DNA of 42,329 nucleotides from a virus. Position numbers and translations under genes: made by a program. This document shows positions 8,148-16,118 of this stretch, piece by piece. Under the pieces are notes generated by a model. It was not told the origin of the DNA, did not search any database, and was given only the letters and a program-made list of their open reading frames with translations. The stretch lies in UHGV virus genome UHGV-0385519; one strand, written 5' to 3'. Position 1 is the stretch's first letter, and each line of letters starts with the position of its first letter.

Positions 8148-8350
8148 TAGACAAAATTATACGTTTTATGATAGTAACATGGTTAATTTTTAGTGTATTA
8201 ACTATATTGGTTTTACCATTAATGATTCTAAAGATAGCTGTAATTTTTGTATCTATATTATACATTATTTATGGTATCTATTGTATAATTTTAATTGCTG
8301 TACTAATGATTTATTTTTGCTATGCTATACTATTTGACGATATTCTATAA
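8144..8350 (+). CDS. Small very hydrophobic membrane protein (68 aa)
   Basis: GGAGGACCTAAAATGA junction. Almost entirely I/L/V/F residues, 2-3 TM segments. Confidence 0.5.
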   Translation: MIDKIIRFMIVTWLIFSVLTILVLPLMILKIAVIFVSILYIIYGIYCIILIAVLMIYFCYAILFDDIL

Positions 8351-8362
8351 GGAGGACCTAAA

Positions 8363-8770
8363 ATGACAGAATATAAAGATTTAAAAATGAAATGCACAAA
8401 AGCAGACCCACAGGAGCCGTTTTTCACAGAAGGAAAAGAGTATGACATTATTAAAAATGCGTGTGGGTATGGTATCATGGATAATGATGGTGAAGTACCA
8501 GAATACGGAACAACACTATTTGAATTAGAACAGTACCTAAATGAATTTTGGGATTCAAAATTTGAGCTGATTAACATTGATGAAAGAACTAAGATTAGAA
8601 AAACATTTCAACGAACACTTATTCAATATAATATGGATATTGGTCACTTGTCAGGACATTTAATAGGAAAGCCAAGCAATGTAATATCAGCACAGATTGC
8701 CATGTTAAAAGTAAAACGTGAAGCAATCCAAGAATTATACGATGAACTATTTAAGGGAGGTAATGAGTAA
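8363..8770 (+). CDS. Member 2 of small paralogous early-protein family (135 aa)
   Basis: MKCTKADPQEPFFTEGKEYDI... paralogous to neighbours. GGAGGACCTAAAATGA junction. Confidence 0.55.
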   Translation: MTEYKDLKMKCTKADPQEPFFTEGKEYDIIKNACGYGIMDNDGEVPEYGTTLFELEQYLNEFWDSKFELINIDERTKIRKTFQRTLIQYNMDIGHLSGHLIGKPSNVISAQIAMLKVKREAIQELYDELFKGGNE

Positions 8771-9168
8771 TGAAATACACAATGAAATGCACAAAACAGA
8801 CAGTAGAACCATTTTTCACATTAGATAAAGAGTATCAGATTGCCCACAACAATACACTAGGGTACTTTATTAAAGATGATAATAACGAAATTGTAGGAGA
8901 TGGAAAAACACGTGAAGAACTATTGAATAATTTAAATGAGTATTGGTACTCACAGTTTGAACTGATTGTGATTGATGGAGATAAAGAAAACAAAGTGTTA
9001 CTCACACTTGATGAAAACAAAGAGTTAAGTATTAATATTAAAAAAGCAGATGAAGCAGAAGTGATTTACATGTTAATGGCTGGCTTAATTCGTGTATGTA
9101 AAGAAGTTGAACTTGAACAAGATTTAATGATTGAAACTATCAAAGAGATTTGGGGGCATGTAGAATGA
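8770..9168 (+). CDS. Member 3 of small paralogous early-protein family (132 aa)
   Basis: MKCTKQTVEPFFTLDKEYQI... paralogous to neighbours. Confidence 0.55.
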   Translation: MKYTMKCTKQTVEPFFTLDKEYQIAHNNTLGYFIKDDNNEIVGDGKTREELLNNLNEYWYSQFELIVIDGDKENKVLLTLDENKELSINIKKADEAEVIYMLMAGLIRVCKEVELEQDLMIETIKEIWGHVE

Positions 9169-9377
9169 TTACACTAGGACAATTACTAATGTATGTTGAA
9201 TATGGAAGAACATTGGTATTAGTAGAACACGGAACAGAAGAACAGATTTGTATTTTCACAGAATCGGAAGAACTAGAATATACTAAAGAATATGAAAAAG
9301 TTGAACCACACCTTGAACGTGAGGTAATGATTATTTCAACAACACCAGCTTCTTATCTATATATTGAAATTATTTAA
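9150..9377 (+). CDS. Hypothetical protein (75 aa)
   Basis: ORF overlapping the upstream stop. Weak RBS. Confidence 0.4.
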   Translation: MGACRMITLGQLLMYVEYGRTLVLVEHGTEEQICIFTESEELEYTKEYEKVEPHLEREVMIISTTPASYLYIEII

Positions 9378-9396
9378 AACTTTTTGAACAAAAGTG

Positions 9397-9428
9397 TTGA
9401 CAACTACTATATCACATGGTATAGTAGG
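9397..9428 (+). promoter_or_regulatory. Family-A promoter: TTGACA-17-TATAGT with a 9-bp inverted repeat spanning spacer and -10
   Basis: TTGACA 9397-9402. ACTACTATA 9403-9411 / TATAGTAGG 9420-9428. TGg extended -10. Confidence 0.6.
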
Positions 9429-9466
9429 TACATAAGATAACAACAAACAAATTGGAGGAATTAAAA

Positions 9467-9622
9467 ATGACAAAAAATAAAAAACAATACATTATTATCA
9501 ACAGTGAAACTAAACGAGGTTATGCAGAACGTGAAACATTTATGGAAGCTGTAGAAGTTGCAAAAAGAAAAGTAAACGGTCAAGTTATCACTCGCAAAGA
9601 CTGGGAAGCAATGAAAAAATAA
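9467..9622 (+). CDS. Hypothetical small basic protein (51 aa)
   Basis: TTGGAGGAATTAAAAATG RBS. Not in the track. Confidence 0.4.
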   Translation: MTKNKKQYIIINSETKRGYAERETFMEAVEVAKRKVNGQVITRKDWEAMKK

Positions 9623-9645
9623 AGTTAAGAAAGGAAGTAATTAAC

Positions 9646-9816
9646 ATGAACACATTAGACGAATTACTAGACGAGGAATACAACACATTAGACGAATTGT
9701 TAGACAGTAAAGAATTTAGAAAACAAATGAACAACCTTAATCACGTTACACAAATGCAACCGCAAAGCTATAACAGCAATACTCTAGCAGACACGGGACG
9801 GTATCCTGAAAAATAA
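9646..9816 (+). CDS. Hypothetical small acidic protein (56 aa)
   Basis: AAGGAAG RBS. Not in the track. Confidence 0.35.
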   Translation: MNTLDELLDEEYNTLDELLDSKEFRKQMNNLNHVTQMQPQSYNSNTLADTGRYPEK

Positions 9817-9825
9817 AAAAGAAAA

Positions 9826-9858
9826 GGGGTTGACAAGTTCAGCCCCAACTGATATACT
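9826..9858 (+). promoter_or_regulatory. Family-B promoter copy 1: -35 embedded in a GC hairpin (GGGGTTGA caagt TCAGCCCC), then 17 nt, then TATACT
   Basis: TTGACA 9830-9835, TATACT 9853-9858. Near-identical 60-bp copy at 15546-15608. Confidence 0.55.
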
Positions 9859-9887
9859 AAATATATAAATTAAAGGGAGGAATTAAT

Positions 9888-10097
9888 ATGTTAGCAAAAA
9901 TTATTAACAACGAGGTAACTGGTCACAATTTTCTAATGGGTTCACAGGTTGTATTATATGATGTAGTAGGTGTTTTAGATAGTGGTGATAAGTTGTGGTT
10001 ATGTTTAGGCTCATGCCCAGATGATGTTGAAAGTATTGCTCCGCAGATTATTGCAGAAAGTGAACTAAAAATCATTGGAGGGCGTGCCAATGACTAA
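9888..10097 (+). CDS. Hypothetical protein (69 aa)
   Basis: AAAGGGAGG RBS. Downstream of the family-B promoter. Confidence 0.5.
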   Translation: MLAKIINNEVTGHNFLMGSQVVLYDVVGVLDSGDKLWLCLGSCPDDVESIAPQIIAESELKIIGGRAND

Positions 10098-10254
10098 ATT
10101 AGAGAAAATTCATGATTTAGAAAAACGCATTGCACAATGTAAAGAGCTAAAAACCAAAGCAATGGATGATGGTGAAGTATATGAATACCAATATTATAAC
10201 CAAGCCCAAAAGCACTTACAAAATAAATTAAACTGGTTACTAAAAAATAATTAA
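10090..10254 (+). CDS. Hypothetical small protein (54 aa)
   Basis: ATG overlaps the upstream stop (ATGACTAA). Not in the track. Confidence 0.3.
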   Translation: MTKLEKIHDLEKRIAQCKELKTKAMDDGEVYEYQYYNQAQKHLQNKLNWLLKNN

Positions 10255-10271
10255 GATAGGATGAAACAAAA

Positions 10272-10592
10272 ATGTTAGTATTAAAACGTAAATACAATAA
10301 GTTAAAAGATGATTACAACAGGTTAGTAGACACTAAAAATTATTGGGAAGAAGCATATAGAGAAAGTCAATCAAAAGTAGTTAGGTTAGAACAGCAATGT
10401 AATAGACTTTATAAAGAACTTAACAAAGCAGATGATGAAGTATTGGACCTAAAACTTGAACGTGACATGTGGAAAGAAGAACACGAAAAAGTACGTCAAA
10501 AATATATTGATAAAGATGTTGAACTACAAATTGTTGACAGAATTGTTTTACAATATGAACAACGAATTAACGAATTGGAGGAACAAGCATAA
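10272..10592 (+). CDS. Hypothetical coiled-coil protein (106 aa)
   Basis: Heptad-rich charged sequence. Confidence 0.5.
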   Translation: MLVLKRKYNKLKDDYNRLVDTKNYWEEAYRESQSKVVRLEQQCNRLYKELNKADDEVLDLKLERDMWKEEHEKVRQKYIDKDVELQIVDRIVLQYEQRINELEEQA

Positions 10593-11404
10593 TGAAATAC
10601 ACAGAAAACGACATTAAAGTAGGTACTAAATTACGTTGCACAAAGGGAACACCTAGTTGGTGGACTGTAGGAAAAATCTATAATGTATCACTAAATGATG
10701 ATGGTATTTTACAAATTACAGACGATAACGGTCACTGTGCATACCCTGATTACATGGTAGACTGTTTAAACGGAAAACACAACCCAGTAGCATTTGAAAT
10801 TGTAGAGGAGGAAAAAGAAATGGAAAAATTTGTGAAAATTACAGGATATGCGGGTACAGGTGAAAAAGATAAAGAGGTAGGTTTATCTATTGGTAGTGTT
10901 TATGAGTTAGTAGAGTATGACCCACAAGGTAATAGTTATATTTATTTAAATGAAGATACACCACGATACTACGTAGCAGATACGCAATTCACACTGGTTT
11001 CAAAACCACCATTCAAAATTGGAGATAAAGTACGTGTATTATCTAACCGTTCATTAGCACTTGATGAAAACAAAGTATATTACAATGACGGGGACATTGC
11101 TGTAGTAGGTGAGGTTCATTGGCTTGGCGTAAACAAATCTTATGGGCGTGTGCGTTTAGGTACTCATAAGTGCGCTAATTGGATTGATTTTAACTGTATT
11201 GAATTAGTAGATGAGCAACAAGAAAACCCATTAGTAGACATGCAACAGAAATTAAATGATAAAATTAAGCTATTAAAAGAAGAACGAGGTCGCATTATTG
11301 ATAAGATTGAACGCTTAGATAATCACCAAAGAGCGTTAAAATCAAAGATTGACAGATTAAGCGATGCAGAGGATGCACTAAAGATTTTAAAAGATTTTAA
11401 ATAA
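10592..11404 (+). CDS. Hypothetical protein (270 aa) with three internal beta-rich repeats related to the 7773-9168 family, plus a C-terminal coiled coil
   Basis: Repeats at about residues 8-60, 80-135 and 140-205 (e.g. KLRCTKGTPSWWTVGKIYNV). ATGA coupling to the upstream gene. Confidence 0.5.
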   Translation: MKYTENDIKVGTKLRCTKGTPSWWTVGKIYNVSLNDDGILQITDDNGHCAYPDYMVDCLNGKHNPVAFEIVEEEKEMEKFVKITGYAGTGEKDKEVGLSIGSVYELVEYDPQGNSYIYLNEDTPRYYVADTQFTLVSKPPFKIGDKVRVLSNRSLALDENKVYYNDGDIAVVGEVHWLGVNKSYGRVRLGTHKCANWIDFNCIELVDEQQENPLVDMQQKLNDKIKLLKEERGRIIDKIERLDNHQRALKSKIDRLSDAEDALKILKDFK

Positions 11405-11408
11405 ACAC

Positions 11409-11448
11409 TTGACACCTACTATATCTTATGGTATAGTAGGTGTATAAT
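11409..11448 (+). promoter_or_regulatory. Family-A promoter with perfect 9-bp inverted repeat CCTACTATA-N8-TATAGTAGG
   Basis: TTGACA 11409-11414, TATAGT 11432-11437, second TGTATAAT at 11441-11448. Confidence 0.6.
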
Positions 11449-11561
11449 ATAACTAAGGAGGAAAACAAAATGGCATTATTTGGTTTAACATTTGTAACAC
11501 TTTGTATCTGGGGTACTTACTACCTTATCAAGTATATTGAAGATTAGGAGGGACTAGAAAG

Positions 11562-11717
11562 ATGAGTAACCTAAAAACATTTAAAGTAACATATGGAAAT
11601 ATAGAAAACAAGGTACAGCGTGCATATCTTAAAGCATATCACTATAATGAAGCGTTACGCAGAGCTAAGCGTATAAATGGTTTAGTATCTATGATTAAAT
11701 TGGAGGTAGTGAAATAA
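11562..11717 (+). CDS. Hypothetical small protein (51 aa)
   Basis: GGAGGGACTAGAAAGATG RBS. Not in the track. Confidence 0.4.
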   Translation: MSNLKTFKVTYGNIENKVQRAYLKAYHYNEALRRAKRINGLVSMIKLEVVK

Positions 11718-11941
11718 TGACAGTAAAAACAAACTATTATATTTGCTTAACAAACAATGAAGTTTTCACCTTATATACAGAAGAACCAATTCTTGTAATG
11801 TATGAACAAGCAGTTGAAAATGATGAAAAGTTATTGAAATTGGAAAAACCAGAAGAAATTGATATTGATGGTGAAATGCAACCCACATTTATCACAATTC
11901 CCTTAGATTCAATCTTATATGTATTGGAGGATGCTAAATAA
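11717..11941 (+). CDS. Hypothetical protein (74 aa)
   Basis: ATAATGA coupling. Confidence 0.45.
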   Translation: MTVKTNYYICLTNNEVFTLYTEEPILVMYEQAVENDEKLLKLEKPEEIDIDGEMQPTFITIPLDSILYVLEDAK

Positions 11942-12372
11942 TGAAGATAGAAGTAGGTACATTTTGGAAGTTTGAAAATGATTCATGGTTTTTCTTTGTT
12001 ATTGGTACGTTTAAAGATGAAATAAGTGTATGCGCAATTGATACAAGTAACATGGAAGTTTGTTTTATGATGATGAGTTATGAGCAGACAAATATGTTTA
12101 TACCTAGCGAAAATTTAGAAATGAATATGTATTTAGCGGACGTGATGTCTAAAATGAGTGATTCAGTAAAGATTATAGGTAGCTACTGGAAGTCTACAGA
12201 CAATCTGAATCATTACAGAATTGATTCAGTAGACAAACGAGGTTACTTAATTACAAATTACGATAAAGAACTAAATTGTGTATCAAAAACGTGGGTACAC
12301 AAGCAATGTACAATGTATGATGTAAAATTAACTAAAGAAGAACGTGAAAAATTTGAGGAGGAAGCAAAATGA
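11941..12372 (+). CDS. Hypothetical protein (143 aa)
   Basis: TAAATAATGA coupling. GGAGGATG RBS. Confidence 0.5.
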   Translation: MKIEVGTFWKFENDSWFFFVIGTFKDEISVCAIDTSNMEVCFMMMSYEQTNMFIPSENLEMNMYLADVMSKMSDSVKIIGSYWKSTDNLNHYRIDSVDKRGYLITNYDKELNCVSKTWVHKQCTMYDVKLTKEEREKFEEEAK

Positions 12373-12584
12373 GTAGAATGAGTAATATTAGCGCAATTGA
12401 ACAAGTGTTAGAAATGATTGAAGGATATGACGAAAACGCAGAACACAACCCAACGGGTATGAAATTTATCCAAGGTGTAATTTTAGGGCTTGGAATGGGA
12501 GATGTTATTACTATGGAACAAACCAGTGAATTACGTGAACGATTACATGATGTTTATAAATTTCATAAGGAGGAAACAAAATGA
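12369..12584 (+). CDS. Hypothetical protein (71 aa)
   Basis: GAGGAGGAAGCAAAATG RBS. Confidence 0.5.
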   Translation: MSRMSNISAIEQVLEMIEGYDENAEHNPTGMKFIQGVILGLGMGDVITMEQTSELRERLHDVYKFHKEETK

Positions 12585-12820
12585 GGGTTGACATGTACAC
12601 ACAACGTCACTATAAATTTGAAGAACCATATAATGGGGCTACAGTAACCATTATATTAAAAAACGGTGTACCACAAATGTACGAATATGAACATAAAGAC
12701 GTACACAACACTTTAGCATATAAATTCCGTTGGTTATACAATGTCAAGTATATTGGAGATATTGTAAATGTATGGAATGAAAAAAGATTATTGAAAAAAC
12801 TAGATGAGGTGGAAAAATGA
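12581..12820 (+). CDS. Hypothetical protein (79 aa)
   Basis: AAGGAGGAAACAAAATG RBS. Confidence 0.5.
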   Translation: MRVDMYTQRHYKFEEPYNGATVTIILKNGVPQMYEYEHKDVHNTLAYKFRWLYNVKYIGDIVNVWNEKRLLKKLDEVEK

Positions 12821-13023
12821 GTAGAATTAGTAAATTAGAAGCATTAGCTTTAGCAGTGGCACTCGTTGGTTCATTAGGTTGTTTCATATTGCTAGGAATC
12901 GCAGTTGTGTGCATATTACTATCATTAAATACTATGGAATGGTTAATATTAGGTGTTGCTTTAGTATTAATATTAATGCTTTGGGTTGGCATATACCAAT
13001 ATGATAAACAAAAATATAATTAA
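12817..13023 (+). CDS. Small membrane protein (68 aa, 2 TM)
   Basis: Hydrophobic. ATGA coupling. Confidence 0.5.
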   Translation: MSRISKLEALALAVALVGSLGCFILLGIAVVCILLSLNTMEWLILGVALVLILMLWVGIYQYDKQKYN

Positions 13024-13039
13024 ATATGCTATGATGAGG

Positions 13040-13088
13040 GAGAAAGTTAAATAAAACAGTTGACTTTCTCTTTTTTACATGCTATAGT
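13040..13088 (+). promoter_or_regulatory. Family-C terminator-promoter cassette copy 1
   Basis: Hairpin GAGAAAGTTAA/TTGACTTTCTC followed by a T6 run (13071-13076). The right arm contains TTGACT (13060-13065), then 17 nt, then TATAGT (13083-13088). Confidence 0.55.
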
Positions 13089-13117
13089 ATAACCATAATG
13101 AAATGGGAGGAATTATA

Positions 13118-14701
13118 ATGGTAAATGAATTACAAAAGGTAGAATATAAACAACCTTTAGATTTAAAATTTAACACTGTATTAGATAGTGTGCTAATTCC
13201 AAGTAAGAACTATTTAAAAGCAATGGAAGAATATCATTCAGAGCATGCACAATGGAAAGTAGATTTTGAAAAAGGTGACGTTGCAAAAAACGCAGAACCA
13301 CAACCACCTAAAAAAACGTTTGACGGTCTAAATATGGAAATGCTAGCTTTAGAGTTGCAGAAAGTATTACCAGCTTACGCAAGTTCTGAAATTGGTTTAC
13401 CAGTGGTGTATAATAATCAAACAAAAATCTATGAAATGTCAGGTGATAATTTAGAAAGTCGTTTATGGCTAAAATTATATGGTGAATATATGATTAATTA
13501 CAGACCAGAGTTAGCCAATAACCCTAAGATTGCAAACCAATTCAGAAATGCAGTGCAAAAAATGGCAAAAAACGCACAAGGCTTAGGAAGTGATTTACCG
13601 TTTAATGATAAATTGAATGCTAATCTAATTGCCTTTAAAAATGGTACGTACCGTTTTAAAGAGAATACATTAACAGAAACACAAAAAGAAGATTATCAAA
13701 CAACGCGAATTGAATTTGATTATGTAGAAAGTCCTAAACGCAATATCATTTGCGATTGGATAGAGTATATTTTAGAAGATGATGCAAAAACCATGTTCCA
13801 ATTGATTGGTCGTATTTTCTACCGCCAACAAACACCACAAGTGTTAGTATTTGCCACTGGTGAGGGTTCTAATGGTAAGTCTGCGGTTATGGGGTTTGTA
13901 GAAAGCCTAGTGGGTTCTAAGAACACCTCACACGCAACATTACAGTCACTATCCAGTACAACGGATAAATTTGCAAGCTCTCAATTATTTGGTAAAATGG
14001 TAAATATTGAAACGGATATGCCAGCACAGCATATTAAACAAACAGGTACACTGAAAACATTGTCAGGTAATGACGTTATGAGTGCAGAGTATAAAGGTTT
14101 AAACAAGTTTACCTTTACTAACTACGCTTTGATGATTTTCACAACCAATAACATGCCTACATTTAGCGACACCTCACATGGATTTAAACGGCGTATTTTG
14201 ACATTACCATTTAATAAAAAATTAAGTGTAGCCAATGAAGAAGATGCAAAATGGTATGACCGTTATAAAAACTTTACCTATGAAGAAAAATCTGAATTTA
14301 TTAGTTATTGCATTCAAGAGTACAGAAATGTATTGTTTGGTTTGAATGGTGAAACAAAAGGTGAATTTTATCAATCAGAGAATGCCATTAACGAACGTAG
14401 CGCGTTTATTGAAAATAATGATATGATGGCTAACTTTATTGAAGAGTTTGAACTTGAATTTACAAATAATGAAGAGGATGCTATTCCAAACCATGAATTG
14501 TTAGATGCGTATAACACTATGCTACGTAGAGAAAACTTATCAGAAATTTCAGCACGCAAATTTATGCCAGAGTTCAAACGTAAAGCACAAAGTTTTGGTA
14601 TCTTGCCAAAAAGCAGTAAGAAACGGATTGATGGTAAAATTATAAATTGCATTACCAACGTGAAATGGAATGAAGATAGTGAACTAAATAATATTTTTTA
14701 A
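13118..14701 (+). CDS. D5/P4-family primase-helicase C-terminal domain protein (SF3 helicase/NTPase)
   Basis: Walker A VFATGEGSNGKSAV. Family-typical length. The true start is probably ATG 13118 after GGGAGG (the track start 13103 lies inside the RBS). Confidence 0.7.
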   Translation: MVNELQKVEYKQPLDLKFNTVLDSVLIPSKNYLKAMEEYHSEHAQWKVDFEKGDVAKNAEPQPPKKTFDGLNMEMLALELQKVLPAYASSEIGLPVVYNNQTKIYEMSGDNLESRLWLKLYGEYMINYRPELANNPKIANQFRNAVQKMAKNAQGLGSDLPFNDKLNANLIAFKNGTYRFKENTLTETQKEDYQTTRIEFDYVESPKRNIICDWIEYILEDDAKTMFQLIGRIFYRQQTPQVLVFATGEGSNGKSAVMGFVESLVGSKNTSHATLQSLSSTTDKFASSQLFGKMVNIETDMPAQHIKQTGTLKTLSGNDVMSAEYKGLNKFTFTNYALMIFTTNNMPTFSDTSHGFKRRILTLPFNKKLSVANEEDAKWYDRYKNFTYEEKSEFISYCIQEYRNVLFGLNGETKGEFYQSENAINERSAFIENNDMMANFIEEFELEFTNNEEDAIPNHELLDAYNTMLRRENLSEISARKFMPEFKRKAQSFGILPKSSKKRIDGKIINCITNVKWNEDSELNNIF

Positions 14702-14710
14702 AATATTTTA

Positions 14711-14759
14711 AAGAAAGTTAACTAAAACAGTTGACTTTCTTTTTTTGTCATGATATACT
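14711..14759 (+). promoter_or_regulatory. Family-C terminator-promoter cassette copy 2
   Basis: AAGAAAGTTAAC...GTTGACTTTCTT hairpin plus a T7 run. TTGACT 14731-14736, 17 nt, TATACT 14754-14759. Confidence 0.55.
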
Positions 14760-14790
14760 TGATTCATAAGTTAAGAGGAGGAATTAAGAA

Positions 14791-14997
14791 ATGAAACCAT
14801 ATTACGTAGAATTAGAAAACACAATTGAGGAATTAGAAGAATTATTTGTTAAAAGATACATGGAACTAATGGAATGTGAAGAAGATTGGGCTAGAGAAGT
14901 TCAAAAAATGGAATGCAACGCACCACACACAAAGAAAGATGTGGAATTGATTTTAAAACAAATGTGTTCATTATGTGGGGTTGATTACACATGCTAA
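14791..14997 (+). CDS. Small Cys-rich protein (68 aa), possible Zn-binding
   Basis: Motifs C...C(x12)...C and CSLCG...C. GAGGAGG RBS. Confidence 0.45.
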   Translation: MKPYYVELENTIEELEELFVKRYMELMECEEDWAREVQKMECNAPHTKKDVELILKQMCSLCGVDYTC

Positions 14998-15308
14998 GTC
15001 AAAAAGAAATACTACTGGATAACCACTATCCAGTAGTATTAAAATATTTAGTGTCTGAACTAAAGAAAGCAGACAAGAAACGAGATAAGGCAACCAATAA
15101 ACTAATAGAAATGAATGAAAGGGATAATATGCACTCGCACACAACACAAAGGTACTGGAAAACATCAGCTAATGTTGAATTTTATGAAAAGGAAGTTCGT
15201 AAACTGGTTTCAGAAATAAACTCAATTATTGATATTTATGACATTAAAAATAAAATACACCAAGAACGATTTTATTTTATAAAAAGTGTTGACAATCTAT
15301 TACATTGA
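14991..15308 (+). CDS. Hypothetical protein (105 aa)
   Basis: ORF overlapping the upstream stop. Confidence 0.45.
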   Translation: MLSQKEILLDNHYPVVLKYLVSELKKADKKRDKATNKLIEMNERDNMHSHTTQRYWKTSANVEFYEKEVRKLVSEINSIIDIYDIKNKIHQERFYFIKSVDNLLH

Positions 15309-15317
15309 TGGTATTAT
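15289..15317 (+). promoter_or_regulatory. Sigma-A promoter TTGACA-17-TATTAT (TGg extended)
   Basis: AAAAGTGTTGACA box, identical to the 6505 and 9391 versions. Confidence 0.5.
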
Positions 15318-15347
15318 TAATTCATAGAGATAAGGGAGGAAACAAAC

Positions 15348-15536
15348 ATGACAACAAAACAAAGATATGAAGCTAAATTAGAAAGACTAAATAAAAGATA
15401 TGACGAGTTAAAAGCGCAAATGATTGAAGCATACGACAACGGAAACAAAGAACTAGGACATGAAATAAACGATAGACTAGAAAAAATGTTAGATGTGATT
15501 TTACTAACTGAAACAGTATTAGAAAACTTAAAATAA
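15348..15536 (+). CDS. Hypothetical coiled-coil protein (62 aa)
   Basis: AAGGGAGGAAACAAACATG RBS. Confidence 0.45.
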   Translation: MTTKQRYEAKLERLNKRYDELKAQMIEAYDNGNKELGHEINDRLEKMLDVILLTETVLENLK

Positions 15537-15545
15537 AATCAGAAA

Positions 15546-15579
15546 AGGGGTTGACAAGTTCAGCCCCTACTGATATACT
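15546..15579 (+). promoter_or_regulatory. Family-B promoter copy 2 (GC hairpin with embedded TTGACA, 17 nt, TATACT)
   Basis: TTGACA 15551-15556, TATACT 15574-15579. Near-identical to 9826-9858. Confidence 0.55.
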
Positions 15580-15608
15580 AAATATATAAATTAAAGGGAG
15601 GATATTAG

Positions 15609-16070
15609 ATGGACTTTCAAGTTGGAACGGTAAAGAAAACCAAAGGGCAAGTAAAAAAACACATTACGCAATGTACTCCACAAGAGAAAGAACAACTAAA
15701 CAAAGCAAAAGACAGAGTGAAAGACTTGTGGTTAAAGCGTGGTATAAAAACAGGGTATCACTTACAAGATAAAATAAGAAATGGTGAAACTAAATTTTCA
15801 TATCTGCGAGCAATGGAAGCAATGATACATGGTGAAATTATTGAATATAACGAAACAGGTGCAGATAAACGTGTTTTGATTCGTTCAGGAATTGGGCATG
15901 TAGGTGAATCTATTGATGATATAGTAGTACAATGTATAGTAGTTTCTCTATTTAGCGGTAAAGTAATTACAAGCTATTTAAACAAAGCTAGTGATAGACA
16001 TAAGACACTTGACCCAAGGCGATATAATAAAAATTTAAAAATTAATTTACCAAAACACTTGACAAAATAA
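15609..16070 (+). CDS. Hypothetical protein (153 aa)
   Basis: AAAGGGAGG RBS. No recognisable motif. Confidence 0.5.
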   Translation: MDFQVGTVKKTKGQVKKHITQCTPQEKEQLNKAKDRVKDLWLKRGIKTGYHLQDKIRNGETKFSYLRAMEAMIHGEIIEYNETGADKRVLIRSGIGHVGESIDDIVVQCIVVSLFSGKVITSYLNKASDRHKTLDPRRYNKNLKINLPKHLTK

Positions 16071-16087
16071 AAACAATCATTTATACT
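16059..16087 (+). promoter_or_regulatory. Sigma-A promoter TTGACA-17-TATACT
   Basis: AAAACACTTGACA box. Overlaps the 3' end of the upstream gene. Confidence 0.5.
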
Positions 16088-16118
16088 AAGTATATAATCA
16101 ATTAGGAGGAATAAGTAA

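Noticed and set aside
13103-13117. Track start codon ATG 13103 for the SF3 helicase
   Set aside because: ATGGGAGG is itself the ribosome-binding site. ATG 13118 at 7-nt spacing is the credible start.
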